From contig CM120640.1 in assembly GCA_051362555.1 (NCBI GenBank), positions 56,150,788 to 56,214,787 on the forward strand: a stretch of 64,000 nucleotides of DNA. Reading direction: 5' to 3'. This stretch comes from Lingula anatina (Eukaryota; Animalia; Brachiopoda). The position numbers and the translations under genes are program-made. Under the pieces are notes generated by a model. That model searched no databases and had not been told where the DNA came from. It was given only the letters and a program-made list of their open reading frames with translations. Positions 62,601-64,000 of this stretch are shown here, in pieces. Positions within the stretch are counted from its first letter, which is position 1. Every line of letters starts with the position of its first letter.

Positions 62601-63144
62601 GGCGGGACAGACGCTTAAGCCGGCTAAGCTGGCAGTAATCTAGTGAGACTCCCCACAGGGATAGATCGATCTAAAATCTATGGGAATGGGGTCTAACCGT
62701 CTTATACTATTTTAGGCTTGCATGATATCATGCACTGCTGTCAGCCTCTTTTTAGGCTGTCTTGGTTGATGCCCACAGGGTGATTGCATCCACAGGTTAA
62801 ACCATTGCTAGTGGTTTCTGGACTGATTCAATATTTACACCACTGACACGTACAGATAAAAAATTTAATTGAGCAATTATTATGTCTTCCATTTTTTTAT
62901 TTAATATTTTGCTCATAAGGGTGCTATAATTGGTATTGATGATGAAGATGACAGTACATTTACCATCACTGTAGACCAGAAAACCTTCCATTTTCAAGGT
63001 AATGGATTATCTAGAAAAGATTTCAAGTAATATTTTTTTCATTCTAAATTTTTAGACATTTGAAGATGGAGCATTCAAGCATGCATTTATGGATAATGTA
63101 CTTCTATTTATTGTTCGTGCATGCATGCCTGCATATGTACGACC

Positions 63145-63180
<36 letters not shown>

Positions 63181-63739
63181 TTCTCTCTCTGTGTGTGTGT
63201 GTGTGTGTGTGTGTGTTAAAGGAGAAAAAGATACGTTGTGTTTGACCTTATTTGTTTGCCAGGTCATTTCATTGTTGTTGAAGTTAATCTGATTTAACCT
63301 ATATTGAGGTATCATTTGTACTGCACCTCCACGAGGACACCTTCTGAATCATCCATTGGAAATTTGGTTCAATAAATGTTTGATCCTCTCTTCTGAATTT
63401 CATTTGTTTAGTGTGCATCGTAAAACCTGTGCCTTTCATTTGAGTAATTTATTTATTATTATTTTTGCAAGTCATTTCCCTTAATGACATACACAGGCTA
63501 ATATTGGTTATGTAGAAGTGTCTGCTAAAGTAATACCAATCCAGTGCACAGTATTATCATCCAGTCAATTAGCTTACATGTGGATCATATTCTGATCAAT
63601 ACACAAGAATAAATGGATGTCTAGTGCATAATATATATATGTAATGTCTTTTGCTTCAGCTCGAGATGCTGAAGAACGTGAGCGGTGGATTGGAGGCCTG
63701 GAGGAGGCTATTCTCAGGCACACACAGCCACTGAGTAAG
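59640..63739 (+). CDS. OSBPL9: Oxysterol-binding protein-related protein 9, N-terminal PH domain (first 4 coding exons; gene continues beyond the window)
   Basis: Exons 59640-59747 ([36 protein letters not shown]), 60898-60948 ([17 protein letters not shown]), 62920-62998 ([26 protein letters not shown]), 63660-63739 ([21 protein letters not shown]). Near-identical to the recalled human ORP9 PH domain. Confidence 0.95.
61289..61651. mobile_element. hAT-like MITE in OSBPL9 intron 2
   Basis: 14-bp TIR CAGACATGCTGAAA / TTTCAGCATGTCTG; CpG-rich subterminal CGGAC/GTCCG/ACCG repeats. Confidence 0.75.
62445..62696. mobile_element. Family A element, copy 4 (least CpG-decayed)
   Basis: The right part is the reverse complement of 367-485 (GACCCCATTCCCATAGATTTTAGATCGATCTATCCC...GGGGAGTCTCACTAGATTACTGCCAGCTTAGCCG); ends in TAA. 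Confidence 0.7.
63144..63215. repeat. Compound (CT)n(GT)n microsatellite
   Basis: Seen directly. Confidence 0.9.
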
Positions 63740-64000
63740 GTAAATAAAAAAGAAGAGAAATTTCCTATTGTGAATCACACTGAGTGACTCACTGTTGCAT
63801 TATCTTGGTTGAGGCGCAGCAAATTATGCATCATCATTCCTGTTAACAGAAATTGCCATTGTTTGCAGTGGGAATAGAATTAAAAAGGTATTTGATAACT
63901 CAATTTATATTTTTTGCATGTAGAGGGCCATTTTAGTCTCATAAGATGATTTTAGTTTAAATTATTTTAAATTAGTATCTAGGGTGAGTGTGAAGTCCAA

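Overview
AT-rich, intron-containing animal DNA, most likely a marine invertebrate such as a mollusc or other lophotrochozoan. The taxon is inferred from gene content, apparent CpG depletion in gene bodies and repeat types, and is not proven. Reading splice sites by hand gives five genes: CZIB/C1orf123 (minus, 7 coding exons, 161 aa); a ZIP1/ZIP3-like SLC39 zinc transporter (plus, one coding exon, 374 aa) head-to-head with CZIB; POMGNT1 (plus, 19 coding exons, 660 aa); DEPDC1 (minus, 12 coding exons, 934 aa); and the 5' end of OSBPL9 (plus), head-to-head with DEPDC1. Introns and intergenic DNA hold many non-autonomous DNA transposons. The best leads are: (1) a PAM2-like motif in the cytosolic tail of POMGNT1; (2) a frame-symmetric 1287-nt DEPDC1 exon with a tandem PPxY-xx-PPxY WW ligand and a motif recalled from vertebrate DEPDC1A; (3) a zinc importer and a zinc-binding protein sharing one small promoter with an MRE core; (4) a 9-bp-TSD transposon with a RecQ-like fragment, plus an 88-bp mini copy nested in a young 8-bp-TSD element next to the POMGNT1 promoter. 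Most short ORFs in the supplied track are spurious. All homology calls are from recalled sequences; no searches were run.
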